A stretch of DNA of 64,000 nt from Flavipsychrobacter sp. (GCA_035299045.1 DATGXJ010000031.1:17410-81409); one strand, 5' to 3'. Counted from the first letter of the stretch, positions 9,801 to 17,649 are shown. Numbers and translations: made by a program. The notes: generated by a model from the letters alone, not told the origin.

Positions 9801-10590
9801 TTGCTATTGTAACAGACTGTCCCGTGCCTACTGTAGACCAGGTTGAAGAATCTCTCCAGACATACGAATTGAAACCCGGAGGGGCGCTCAGCGAAACAGT
9901 AGATGAAGTATCGCAAGCATTATAAGATATCTGGAACAAGCCGCAGTTAAGATCTACATAACCATAACCAAAGTGTGCTCCCTGCGCACAGTCTCCACTC
10001 GCAAAGTCTACGGCAACGGTACGCCCGGCATAACCCGAAAGATTGATACTGGCAGTAGACCAAGATTTGTATAGAGCACCATTGTTGATGGATGAAACTG
10101 TAAAACCTGGCAAACTAGATGTGGCTATATAATTAAACTGACTACAATTAATGATTGCATTTGTTATTGAGTCATAAGCTTTTACCTCAAAACGTGGTTG
10201 ATCTGCTGCTACGTGGCCGGGGTCTTCAAACACAACCGCATATCTGAATATCAGGCTGTAATTATTTATACCAGATGGTATGCGAATAAAATACCTGGCT
10301 CTTTCTGCTTGTGCACCTGTGTTGCTGTTACCCAACTTCAATGAGTAATTGCCACCACCGGGCGCAACAATAGGAAACCCTCCGTAAGGGTCTGTGGCTG
10401 TACCACTTGTGATAGTATGCCTGCCTGAAGAAGTACCTGATGTAGGTGTATTGATAGGACAACAAGTACCACGGAATAATTGCCAGTTGGTAAAATTGCC
10501 AAGTTCAAAATCTACGTTCGAGGGGCATGTTTGGGCGTAGGTAAATGAAAAAACAAATAGAAATCCTGCTATAAGTAACGCACGAATCAT
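3808..10590 (-). CDS. Giant SprB-repeat cell-surface adhesin with type-B T9SS (gliding-motility-associated, CHU_C-like) C-terminal sorting domain
   Basis: 2260-aa ORF. Layout: signal peptide (MIRALLIAGFLFVFSFTYAQ), ~210-aa N-terminal domain, Cys-bracketed Ig-like modules (C..C.NP.A.P...T.Y.V...D.NGC), and 20 tandem SprB-type repeats (VSCFGG.NG.ATV...GGT.PYTYSWNT.P.QT....GL.AG.Y.VTVTD..GC.DTA). The C terminus, LPNTFTPNGDGANDMFWP...VFNRWGERVFE...GWDGTFKGKALTPDVFVYIIE, is characteristic of type-B T9SS CTDs. Confidence 0.9.
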   Translation of the reverse strand: MIRALLIAGFLFVFSFTYAQTCPSNVDFELGNFTNWQLFRGTCCPINTPTSGTSSGRHTITSGTATDPYGGFPIVAPGGGNYSLKLGNSNTGAQAERARYFIRIPSGINNYSLIFRYAVVFEDPGHVAADQPRFEVKAYDSITNAIINCSQFNYIATSSLPGFTVSSINNGALYKSWSTASINLSGYAGRTVAVDFASGDCAQGAHFGYGYVDLNCGLFQISYNACDTSSTVSLSAPPGFNSYVWRDSSTWSTVGTGQSVTIARPTTTKTYAVILTPYTGFGCPDTLYTKVTINNLAVNATRDTTICRGSSIQLNANATASATPITYNWTPTTALSCSTCANPVATPLTTTTYYVTATDANGCTKNDTVVLTVSNPQVVVARQHVSCFGGANGTLTATPSGGFTPYTYSWNTSPVRTTAAINGLSAGTYILTMTDNAGCVVRDTSVITQPTLLNASIASRVNVSCYNGTNGSATVSVSGGTAPYTYSWNTTPVKTTATATGLGAGSYIVTVTDSKGCIDTANVTITQPTVLNASLASKTNVSCFGGNNGNATVSVSGGTSPYTYSWNSSTVQTTVTATSLPAGTYTVTVTDTLGCIDTALAVITQPSQLNASITAITNVSCFGTATGSATVTATSGTSPYTYSWNTSPVQTTSTASGLNAGSYIVTVTDTLGCTDTALAVITQPTVLNASIAASANVNCFGGNNGTASLNVTGGTTPYTYSWNTSPVQTTAAASNLAAGTYIATVTDAKGCTDTAVVVITQPAVLNASISSSNNVRCFGEQSGNATVSVTGGTSPYTYSWNTTPVKTTATVAMGAGTFIATVTDSKGCTDTALVVITQPAVLNASIGSSTNVSCFGGSNGTATTTVSGGTSPYTYSWTTSPVQTTATATTLSAGSYIVTVTDTVGCIDTALVTITQPNVLSAAIPSHTNVSCFGGNNGTATASVSGGTAPYTYSWNTSPAQTGITATALAAGAYTVTVTDAKGCMAIATVTISQPTKVSLVLSSKTDATCNGINNGAATVAATGGTSPYTYWWNTTPAQTSASATALAAGNYIAVATDSAGCKDTLAVVILQPYALNAGIGSKTNTRCFGEANGSATVSVAGGTSPYTYSWNTAPVQTTATASGLAAGTYIATVTDAGGCNDTALVVIAQPAVLNANISAATNISCFGGSNGTATVSATGGTLPYTYSWNTSPVQTSAIATALPVGSFVATVTDALGCTDTANITITQPPVLNAAVTAHTNVSCFGGNNGTATVSATGGTAPYTYVWNTSPAQTTATAIGLSAGTYTVVVTDAKGCTSTTSVAITQPTQLNLSLVSKTNASCNGINNGTATIAATGGTSPYTYWWNTTPAQTSTTATSLASGGYMAVVTDSAGCTDTLAVVISQPGALNANIGSVTNVSCNGGANGAASVVITGGTTPYTYIWNTNPVQTGATATSLAAGTYTATVTDAMGCSDTAVAVIQQPAVLTASISAYANATCFGGNNGSAAVNATGGNLPYTYSWNTSPVKTTQSVTGLSAGTYQVTVTDAKGCSAIATVNISHPAQLNASISSKINVSCNGLSNGAATVATTGGTTPYTYTWNTMPAQATPTATALPAGIYIATVTDANGCSDTAVVSISQPALLNAGITQKQDVSCHGYTNGSATVAASGGTLPYAYSWNASPVQSNAVATSLPAGAYIATVTDANGCTDTAMVTINQPTALNATITSKTDVACFNGNNGQATATATGGTSPYTYSWNTAPIQSSATANTLRAGAYVVTVTDNKGCTDTAQLSISQPAQLIASIAGKTDALCNGNSDGTATGSATGGASPYTYSWNTSPVQTTPSATAIAAGFYTLTITDQNGCTATDTVSITEPIKIKVTVEPLDKTCVGTSSGSAVIKATSGGVAPYTYLWNTTPAFTTTLATGLAGGTYSVRVTDATGCSVNENVTVLNFPQLQLGTLPDTEVCPGSKVQLIATGAKTYNWFAETTLSCLNCADPVASPVVNTRYYVVGVDTNNCRDTAGTMVSIIPKRKMDVGADLEICEGDQAQLHADGGKEYTWFPVQSLNDNKSSAPVATPAQTTRYMAIIKQNECYTDTLYQNVTVRAKPFVDLGPDLDGVVGASFKLNAKTSNVNKIEWLPPTGLSCVDCYNPVAIVDKSIVYKVVVYNGEQCKATDDIAINVKCDESIISLPNTFTPNGDGANDMFWPISKGGIIVDKMLVFNRWGERVFEAYNIPVNDPSKGWDGTFKGKALTPDVFVYIIETRCITGERIVIKGDISLIR
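4801..9465 (-). repeat. Array of 20 in-frame tandem repeats of ~234 bp (77-79 aa) encoding SprB repeats
   Basis: The first conserved Cys of each unit falls at aa 387, 465, 542, 621, 699, 777, 854, 932, 1010, 1088, 1166, 1244, 1322, 1400, 1478, 1556, 1634, 1712, 1790 and 1867 (hand count). Each unit carries a PYTY.WN motif. Confidence 0.85.
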
Positions 10591-10769
10591 AACAAATACA
10601 TTGTGATTGTTAACTCACTAATTAGCTGGGGAACAGTAAACATATATAATTATCCACAAACAATCAACAAAATGTGTATTTACGCTTCAGATTTTTTTAA
10701 AATTTAATATTGAAAATACTGGATACGATATCTATCTTTACTTACGATTTTACCCCAGCTACTATTGAA

Positions 10770-11495
10770 ATGAAAAAAATACTATGTGTAACTGCAGCTA
10801 TAATAATAGGTTATAGCAATAAGTCCTTTTCCCAACAGGTTGTATACGAAGACGAAGCCATAACAGAAATAAGCAATTGGCTACCTGCGGGACAATATGA
10901 TTTTCAGGTACTTGAAAAAGATGTACCAACCGATTTAAAGGAAATCATCAAAAAATACCAGAAATCACTTACAGACAATCGTGTTTGGTTTCAGAGCTAT
11001 AAAGAGCAGCATGCTACAGCTACCATACTACCCTACCACAAAAACTTTGGCATCTCTGCCGCAGAGTACGAGCGCTTCAACAAAGAATATCCAAAACTGA
11101 AAACCAAAGTAAAAACGACGAAAACACTGACGCTGGAAAACAATGGCGATAAAATAACTTTCAAGGGTTCAGACGGATTTAACTTTTTTGACGGCATCAG
11201 CTTTGACAAGAAGAAAAACAAAATGCTGGTTGATACGCTGGTAAGTAAATATAAAGGACAGATAAGCGAAGGCGACTCTTCTTCTTTCGGTGCATACAGC
11301 GGCTACAAGTGGCAATATGAAAAAGGCAATTACGAAGCGGTGAAGGCGTTGAAAAGCCCTGACTACATCACCATAGAGTTGACAATCAGCAAGACTAGTA
11401 ATAAAATGCTGATGATACTGAAAGTATTATCGATAGAAAATCTGATTACCAAAATAAACAGTACCGTTTCAGGATACATTGCTCCCAAACAATAA
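10770..11495 (+). CDS. Hypothetical secreted protein
   Basis: ORF 10710 (TTG)..11495 trimmed to the ATG at 10770 (MKKILCVTAAIIIGYSNKSFSQQ, a signal peptide). Lys-rich, with no recognisable domain. Confidence 0.55.
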   Translation: MKKILCVTAAIIIGYSNKSFSQQVVYEDEAITEISNWLPAGQYDFQVLEKDVPTDLKEIIKKYQKSLTDNRVWFQSYKEQHATATILPYHKNFGISAAEYERFNKEYPKLKTKVKTTKTLTLENNGDKITFKGSDGFNFFDGISFDKKKNKMLVDTLVSKYKGQISEGDSSSFGAYSGYKWQYEKGNYEAVKALKSPDYITIELTISKTSNKMLMILKVLSIENLITKINSTVSGYIAPKQ

Positions 11496-11511
11496 TAGCA
11501 AAGTGTATACG

Positions 11512-12018
11512 CTACTGTTGTGTGAGTGTAAAGATGATGTTGGTAGTATAAACACCTGACTGGTGGCCAAAGGGTGGCTTTACCAACATATCGAGCGTAT
11601 AGCTGTTTTCAAGACTGCTGTTTGTACTCCTTATCAAAGGACGAGCAGACGTGCTAACCGTCACAAACTGATCGCTTGCAGACTCTTTAAAAGAAAACAT
11701 GCTGACAGGCATTGTGCGGCTTGATGTTGCCGATGATGGGCTTGCATACTGCCCCTCTGTCATTATATTAACTATCCACGGACGAGAACTCTTTACATTC
11801 AGACTTGCGATATCATAAGCTACTTTACCATTTTCATAATCTTCAATCCTGTTCAGGACGACTTGTTTATGATGATCAGTAACATCAATACGCATAAGAG
11901 ATGGCATGTTTACAGAACCATTTACAGATGCGCTGTTGCCTATACCATAGGCATTACCGTTTGACTGTGCTGCTGCGGAGAGGGGTAATAATGATAATAT
12001 AAATAGTATTCGTTTCAC
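11512..12018 (-). CDS. Secreted pilin-like beta-sandwich protein, paralogue family member (candidate minor fibre subunit)
   Basis: 168 aa with a GTG start overlapping the upstream stop (GTGA) and a signal peptide MKRILFILSLLPLSAAAQ. It shares IEDYENGK, LNVKSSRPWIV and the C-terminal PFGHQSGVYTTNIIFTLTQQ with 14114..14695, 12015..12488 and 63406..63972. Confidence 0.6.
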   Translation of the reverse strand: MKRILFILSLLPLSAAAQSNGNAYGIGNSASVNGSVNMPSLMRIDVTDHHKQVVLNRIEDYENGKVAYDIASLNVKSSRPWIVNIMTEGQYASPSSATSSRTMPVSMFSFKESASDQFVTVSTSARPLIRSTNSSLENSYTLDMLVKPPFGHQSGVYTTNIIFTLTQQ

Positions 12019-12488
12019 GGCCTTGTCATTGTAAAAACAATAGAAAAATTGAACTGTCCCGACGGCACGAAGTTAGTAAAAGGATATAACACCACATCAT
12101 AATAGAAATTAAAATGTTGTGAATGTTGTACTGCCGGTTGTGTAAACAGCAATGCCTGTGCCTGAGAAAGCACAACATCCGTGCGACTTATATTGGCGTT
12201 GTACGAATCGTAATTCTGAAGCCTGAGTGCCAGTTTATTATTAAAAGTGTTGTAAAATGAATTGTTTTCAGATACCATGCTTGCAAAAACATTCCAGTTG
12301 TACTCCTTTACTTTCAGCTTCAACTCCAGTGCATTAGTCAATACTTTCTGCTGCTGTAACTCTTCTATATTATTATAGGAAAACTGAATGGGCCTGTTTG
12401 CCTGAACTGATATCTTGTTATTACCGTTTCCCTGAGCTAAAATTTGTAAAGGGCTCGTTAATAACAAAAATATTATTATTCTGTACAT
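12015..12488 (-). CDS. Secreted pilin-like protein, divergent paralogue (candidate minor fibre subunit)
   Basis: ORF trimmed to MYRIIIFLLLTSPLQILAQ (ATG at 12488). Motifs IEELQQQKV, LKVKEYNWNVF and C-terminal PSGQFNFSIVFTMTRP line up with the family motifs. Translationally coupled to 11512..12018. Confidence 0.55.
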   Translation of the reverse strand: MYRIIIFLLLTSPLQILAQGNGNNKISVQANRPIQFSYNNIEELQQQKVLTNALELKLKVKEYNWNVFASMVSENNSFYNTFNNKLALRLQNYDSYNANISRTDVVLSQAQALLFTQPAVQHSQHFNFYYDVVLYPFTNFVPSGQFNFSIVFTMTRP

Positions 12489-12509
12489 AGTAGTATTAGG
12501 GGCTTTTCC

Positions 12510-12517
12510 TATATTTG
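12510..12517 (+). promoter_or_regulatory. -7 promoter box TATATTTG for the chaperone-like gene
   Basis: Exact TAnnTTTG match, 40 nt upstream of the ATG at 12557, in the 68-bp divergent intergenic region. Confidence 0.4.
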
Positions 12518-12556
12518 GCGTGTTTTTTATATTATACCCCAATAATACTCCATTTT

Positions 12557-13438
12557 ATGAAACGAGCGCTAATATTCATCCCGCTTTACTTATCATTAAC
12601 ATGCAGCTATGCACAACAGCTTGACAGCACGCAGGTTAAGCAACTGAGCGAAAATGCACGTGCCAAAAACAACAATAAAAAGAAAGGTGTGGCAATACTG
12701 CCTGCAACGCTTTACTTCACTGCAGACAGAGGGCAAACGCAGACACTCAATATCAACTTTGACAATACGCTGGACAGCCCTGTACAGTTCAAAGTATCAC
12801 TCACAGACTTTATAAGAGACGAAAACTCGAACGTTACCTACATGGAACCGGGTAAACACCCGCGTTCTTGCGCCACATGGCTGAAGTTGTCTAACAACTT
12901 TATTGAAATCCCCGGCAATACTATAGGCACACTGCCTGTTACAATACAGGTACCTGACTCTGAAGCTGCAATATCTGAAATGAAATGGGCCATGATATTT
13001 CTGGAAGGTATGAAGGAAAAAGTAGCCAATCAGAAATCGGGTAATATAGATGCATCAGTAGAAAAATCGTATCGTGTAGGTGTACAGGTGTACCAAACAC
13101 CACCTACTGTATTGAGCAAAGATTTGAAAATGACATCATTCACTCCGATGCTGGAACGCGGACAATATCGCGTAACATGCAAAAACCAGGGCAGTGTATT
13201 ATTAAGGTGTATATCTTATATAGAACTGCTGTCTAAAGAAAGCGGAGAGAAAATAACTGTGTATCCGGGCAAAGAAGGGAAGGATCCGTTTAAAATACTT
13301 CCCGATCAGGTACGAAATATTGATTTCATTATTCCAGACACTGTACCGAAGGGCAAATACACAGCTGTTGCCATGATAGATGCCAATGATGATGAAGTGC
13401 CGCTTGAAGCTGCGCAGTTGGAAATAGAATTGAAATAA
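12557..13438 (+). CDS. Secreted two-domain beta-sandwich protein, candidate periplasmic pilus chaperone-like component
   Basis: ORF trimmed to MKRALIFIPLYLSLTCSYAQ (ATG at 12557). The first half, ILPATLYFTADRGQTQTLNINFDNTLDSPVQFKVSL...WLKLSNNFIEIPGNTIGTLPVTIQVP, has the P..l.f...gq.q.l.i.N....p..f.v pattern of Ig-like chaperone/surface domains. The second half, YRVTCKNQGSVLLRC...KGKYTAVAMIDAN, looks like a second beta-sandwich. The function is inference only. Confidence 0.6.
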   Translation: MKRALIFIPLYLSLTCSYAQQLDSTQVKQLSENARAKNNNKKKGVAILPATLYFTADRGQTQTLNINFDNTLDSPVQFKVSLTDFIRDENSNVTYMEPGKHPRSCATWLKLSNNFIEIPGNTIGTLPVTIQVPDSEAAISEMKWAMIFLEGMKEKVANQKSGNIDASVEKSYRVGVQVYQTPPTVLSKDLKMTSFTPMLERGQYRVTCKNQGSVLLRCISYIELLSKESGEKITVYPGKEGKDPFKILPDQVRNIDFIIPDTVPKGKYTAVAMIDANDDEVPLEAAQLEIELK

Positions 13439-13480
13439 GCTCTACTACTCTACTTAAAGAATTCATAATCAACATTATAA

Positions 13481-13506
13481 GGTCGGCAAATGCCGGCCTT
13501 TTTTAT
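13481..13506 (+). terminator. Rho-independent terminator after the chaperone-like gene
   Basis: GGTCGGC-AAAT-GCCGGCC hairpin (one G-U pair) followed by TTTTTTAT. Confidence 0.55.
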
Positions 13507-14113
13507 TGCCCCGATACTAATTCTACGAGTTTCAGGAGGGCAAGAGATAGTAATTCTACAGGCCAAAAGCAATGTGGGCGCTACTTTCGCAGTGTATTAC
13601 ACACCCTAATTCGGGCAATTTTCATCATATTATTATTTACATTCTTTGTTTCAAAATTGTGGATTCACTGTTAGTTCATGTGGATAACCCTGCTCTATTT
13701 AAGCGTTTCAAGAATTGACCTATATCAATAAGTCACAATAAATTCATTACAAACAACTGTCTACAAGCACTTTAAAAGCTTTTGGTGGCAAAAACAGGCA
13801 TTCATATAATATTTCGCCTACATACAACTGTTTCATTTAGCAGGTAAACAGCAATAAAACAACATAAAAACGTAAAATATAAAATATGAAAATAGTAAAT
13901 GAAACCAACAACGTTTTGCTGAAACCCTTTATAGTAAAGCAGTACAAGGCAATAATATATTCGCAACACGATGTTGCAGAATAGATGTAAAACTGCTTTT
14001 GTCCATGATACATTGTTTTGTGTTAAAAATGTTAATAAAGGAGTTTACATCCGCCTCTGTTTTGATAGAGATTTGCATTACAAACTTTTTCAAACCATTT
14101 AAAACGAAAAACA

Positions 14114-14695
14114 ATGAAAAAAATCGTTCTGACAGCAGCAGTAGCAATCGCTGCATTCGCTGCAAAAGCACAAACAACAGCAGTAAGCACTTTGAACACA
14201 AGCGCTATCCTGAATGAAGTAATCGTTCTGACTCCATCTTCTCAGAATGGTGCACCTGGTACTAACCTGCCTTTCGTAGGTTTCATCAGCAACACTTTCA
14301 ACACAATCGCAGAGTATGACAATGGTCTGGATCTGGTTGAAAATCCACAAGTTCTGCCTACAGGTGCTGGTGAATTCGAATTCACTATCGCTTCTAGCGT
14401 AGGTTACAACGTAGTTGCTACTAGCCCTGCAAACTTCACTTGGAGCGGTGGTGCTTCTCAAACTTACCCAATGGCTGCTAGCGCATTGAAACTGACTGTA
14501 GTAGGTGCTCCTTCTGGCGCAACTAGCGTACTGCCAGCTAACACTGCTCTGAACAGCGCAGGTACTACACTGTTCGCTCATCCAATGGGCCACACTACTG
14601 CTAACTGGGGTATGAATGTACACCTGACTCCAGGTTACGGTCACCAAGGCGGTACTTACACTCTGCCTGTAACTATCACTGCTACTACTATCTAA
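14114..14695 (+). CDS. Secreted pilin-like protein, candidate major fibre subunit (highly expression-biased codons)
   Basis: 193 aa with a signal peptide MKKIVLTAAVAIAAFAAKAQ and no lipobox Cys. Family motifs are IAEYDNGL, FEFTIASSVGYNVVATS and C-terminal GYGHQGGTYTLPVTITATTI. All 9 Ile codons are ATC and all 8 Phe codons are TTC (hand count). GGT/GCT/ACT/CTG dominate, as in metK, mdh and fbaB in this window. Confidence 0.75.
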   Translation: MKKIVLTAAVAIAAFAAKAQTTAVSTLNTSAILNEVIVLTPSSQNGAPGTNLPFVGFISNTFNTIAEYDNGLDLVENPQVLPTGAGEFEFTIASSVGYNVVATSPANFTWSGGASQTYPMAASALKLTVVGAPSGATSVLPANTALNSAGTTLFAHPMGHTTANWGMNVHLTPGYGHQGGTYTLPVTITATTI

Positions 14696-14743
14696 TCTTA
14701 CGCCTGCATAGGCTAAGCATAATAGATGCAGTAAAATGCAATG

Positions 14744-14777
14744 AGCCCTCTCGATATGTAGAGAGGGCTTATTTTAC
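14744..14777 (+). terminator. Rho-independent terminator/attenuator between the major-subunit-like gene and the barrel gene
   Basis: AGCCCTCTC-GATATGTA-GAGAGGGCT hairpin followed by TATTTTA. The next gene starts 64 nt later on the same strand. Confidence 0.6.
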
Positions 14778-14840
14778 CCCCCTTGAGGAAATTTAAGAGA
14801 GGTTATTTATTAATCTCAAACATTAACGCATTCAATCCCC

Positions 14841-17630
14841 ATGAATCGTTACCAACATACAATACCACTATTAAAGCTATGGTGTATACTATTGGTTGCC
14901 ATTTTTGCAACGCGTAGCTATGCCAACCCCGGCAACTATATAGTTAAGGTAAAAATTTTAAAAGACTCACTGATAGCTGCAGAAAATACCAATCTGCTGG
15001 CTAACAAAGTCACCATAGCAAATAATACCAAAAAGGTACGCAGAATAGCTGTACGTACCATTGTACCATTCGGTTGGAAGAACATCTCCAGAAATAAGTA
15101 CATTGATGGTGATGATGAGTATTACAACATATCTCCCGGTGAGGAGATAAGTGTACCCGTTAATTTATTGAAACTGCCCACAGCCAAATCTGAATGGACA
15201 GAAGTGAAGTTCAAAATCTGGTATCGTGAACTAGCAAGTGACACGCAGGAAGCTGCATACAGTATACGTACTAAAGAGCGTAAAACATTTGTAACGCAGC
15301 CTAAGAGTGATATTATAGACGTAGACAAGGTAAATACCACCGCAAGCTTCAAGACATACCTGAAAAACACAGGCAACATTGAAGATACTTATGTACTGAA
15401 GTACAAAAACTATGAACTGAATATTGATGACTCTGTAATTATAAAACTACAACCGGGCAAGGACAGTAACTATACACACGAGATAAAACTCAACCACTAT
15501 CAGATTGCCAATGTAAATTCAGAGACCATCACATTCAATGTAACAAACAGCATAGGACAACAGTACAACAACTACTTTCAACTGCAGAAATATGCAGAGG
15601 AAGGCAAATACAACAGATCATCCTACAGCGGCATACCGCTCAGGTTAGAAATGGGAGCTATTTCTTTTGGCGAAAGAACCAGTATATACGGAGCAGCAAG
15701 AGGAAGGATACAGTTCAAAAACGCCAGAAGTTTTGAGTTTACATACAGAAGTAAGCAGTTTGGCAACATGCCTACAGGCTTGCAACAACATATTTTCAAA
15801 CTGCAGTACAACAGTAAAAACCTTACTGTTACCGCAGGGCAGGTAAATCTGCCATTGTTTTTTGTAACAAACCCAATAAGAGGATTGGATGTTACATACA
15901 ACCTGAATGGCGTAGGCATCAGCTTGATAGCTGTAATGAGAGACGGCCAGTCATACTTTCAGAATGATGTATATGCAGCTATACTGAACTATAGCCTGAA
16001 AAAAGCAACTGTAAATAACATGCTGATGTTCAATACAGACCATGGCACAGGCATCAACAGCTACATTTCATCAAACGATGTTGTTTTCATAAATAAGAAA
16101 AATATAACCTTTAACATACTTGCGAGAGCAGGATACGAGGAAAACCCGCGAAATCAGGCCGCTCCGAAACAAATGGGGATATCGGGCGGCTATGGTTTCC
16201 GGGTTTCTAAAAATAAAATCACATTCTCATCTACTGCCAACTACTACGATAAGCGTTTCCCCGGCATCAACAGAGGGTTGATATATCACAACCACGACAT
16301 TACACTATCTACCAAAAAATCGGGAATCGGCCTGTTCTATTCATCAAGCTACATGATGATGAATTTCCTGAGAGACAGCCTTTTCAATTCAGACCTGCTT
16401 TCTTACAACATAGACAGGCTTGGTATCAGGTACAACAAGTTTTCCAAATCGGTTCAAACATCCCTAAGCACAGGTTTGCTGAAGCAAAACGGATTGTCGT
16501 TTATGAACGGCGGACTGAAGACATCTTACTTTTTTGATGTGCTCAGCAGATGGCAAATGGGCAACAAATGGACATCTAACCTGAATATACAAAGTGCATT
16601 CGGAGACGACCCGACACCGGGAAAAGAAGACCTCTTCATCATCACATCTACTGCAGACATTAGCTCTAAATACTTCGGATTCATGATGCTGTATACACGC
16701 ACACCCATTACAGGATACGAAGACGGCAAGCAAACAATACTATCGTATACAGAAACGGTAAACGGCGGGCCAAACGTTAACTTCTACCTTTTCAGAAGCA
16801 GGATGCACGGTACTGTAAGATATAACCTATCTAAAAGCCTGAAAGATAATTTCTTTACCAGTGGTGTAGGCGGAAGCCTCGGATATACAGGACCGAAGAG
16901 TGGCTTCTCTATCAATGCAAGTTGCTTTGTGCCCTTCAGAAGCCAAACAGACGACCCCGGGCTGCCTATCGCCAACAGGAGAACAGCACAGCTTGCCATC
17001 AGCAAACAACTGCATGTGCCTGTGCTCTTCAACAAAAAATATCACACACTGAAGTTGGTTTTGTTTAATGACGTGAACAATAACCAATCTATGGATGCGG
17101 ACGAAATGCCTGTTGAAAATGTGAAGATGACCATCAATAATATGCCCTTTATCAGCAACGGAGATGGCGAAATAAAATATAAAAACGTGGAGAAAGGCGA
17201 CTACCACATACACGTACAAACCAACAATGAAAATCTGGTGCCCATCAACGGCATTAATCAGATAATAACTGTTGACAACAACATCACCTTTACCATGCCA
17301 TTCAAGAAGGGTAAAGAAATAACTGGTACTGTACGCATTATATCAGACACATTCAGCACATCAAAACTTAGCCCCGACCAGATAAAGATAACTGCAGTAG
17401 ACTCTGTGGGTATTCGCTTCAGCACACTTACAGACAAGCAAGGCAATTTTAAGCTGTCTGTACCTGCCGGTGTATATAATGTACGCATCAGCCAGTCATT
17501 TCTTGAAAACTCTGACTACAAAGCACAACAGTCGGGCTTCAAAATAGACTTGATGAACAAAGAAAAAGAGAATGTAGTATTTGTGCTGAAACAAAAAGCA
17601 CGCAAAGTCCGATACCTTGAAAACAAGTAA
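14841..17630 (+). CDS. Large secreted outer-membrane beta-barrel protein with N-terminal Ig-like and C-terminal CarboxypepD_reg-like domains; candidate usher-like pore
   Basis: 929 aa with a signal peptide ...LLVAIFATRSYA. N-terminal ~250 aa has Ig-like patterns (VTIANNTKKVRRIAVRTIVPFGW; FKTYLKNTGNIEDTYVLKY). The middle ~450 aa shows alternating hydrophobic/aromatic strands (FEFTYRSKQFGN, LQYNSKNLTVTAGQ, GLDVTYNLNGVGISLIAV, ITFNILARAGYE, GGYGFRVSKNKITFSSTANYY). The C terminus has two prealbumin/CarboxypepD_reg-like segments (GDGEIKYKNVEKGDYHIHV; GTVRIISD...TDKQGNFKLSVPAGVYNVRIS). The usher role is inference. Confidence 0.7.
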   Translation: MNRYQHTIPLLKLWCILLVAIFATRSYANPGNYIVKVKILKDSLIAAENTNLLANKVTIANNTKKVRRIAVRTIVPFGWKNISRNKYIDGDDEYYNISPGEEISVPVNLLKLPTAKSEWTEVKFKIWYRELASDTQEAAYSIRTKERKTFVTQPKSDIIDVDKVNTTASFKTYLKNTGNIEDTYVLKYKNYELNIDDSVIIKLQPGKDSNYTHEIKLNHYQIANVNSETITFNVTNSIGQQYNNYFQLQKYAEEGKYNRSSYSGIPLRLEMGAISFGERTSIYGAARGRIQFKNARSFEFTYRSKQFGNMPTGLQQHIFKLQYNSKNLTVTAGQVNLPLFFVTNPIRGLDVTYNLNGVGISLIAVMRDGQSYFQNDVYAAILNYSLKKATVNNMLMFNTDHGTGINSYISSNDVVFINKKNITFNILARAGYEENPRNQAAPKQMGISGGYGFRVSKNKITFSSTANYYDKRFPGINRGLIYHNHDITLSTKKSGIGLFYSSSYMMMNFLRDSLFNSDLLSYNIDRLGIRYNKFSKSVQTSLSTGLLKQNGLSFMNGGLKTSYFFDVLSRWQMGNKWTSNLNIQSAFGDDPTPGKEDLFIITSTADISSKYFGFMMLYTRTPITGYEDGKQTILSYTETVNGGPNVNFYLFRSRMHGTVRYNLSKSLKDNFFTSGVGGSLGYTGPKSGFSINASCFVPFRSQTDDPGLPIANRRTAQLAISKQLHVPVLFNKKYHTLKLVLFNDVNNNQSMDADEMPVENVKMTINNMPFISNGDGEIKYKNVEKGDYHIHVQTNNENLVPINGINQIITVDNNITFTMPFKKGKEITGTVRIISDTFSTSKLSPDQIKITAVDSVGIRFSTLTDKQGNFKLSVPAGVYNVRISQSFLENSDYKAQQSGFKIDLMNKEKENVVFVLKQKARKVRYLENK

Positions 17631-17649
17631 TCTTCTAAAACAAAAGAGT

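Noticed and set aside
13518-13685. Short direct repeats (TAATTCTAC x2; TGTGGAT x2) as operator sites in the long spacer
   Set aside because: 9-mer and 7-mer repeats within 675 bp are expected by chance. Rough estimate: close to one 9-mer pair is expected.
13929-14217. Two overlapping ORFs (90 aa minus, 72 aa plus) in the long spacer upstream of 14114
   Set aside because: They are low-complexity, overlap each other and the real gene start, and have no supporting signals. The region is treated as non-coding.
14099-14647. 182-aa minus-strand ORF antisense to the major-subunit-like gene
   Set aside because: The plus-strand frame has a signal peptide, paralogues and strong codon bias. The antisense product is Cys/Ser-rich with no start context.
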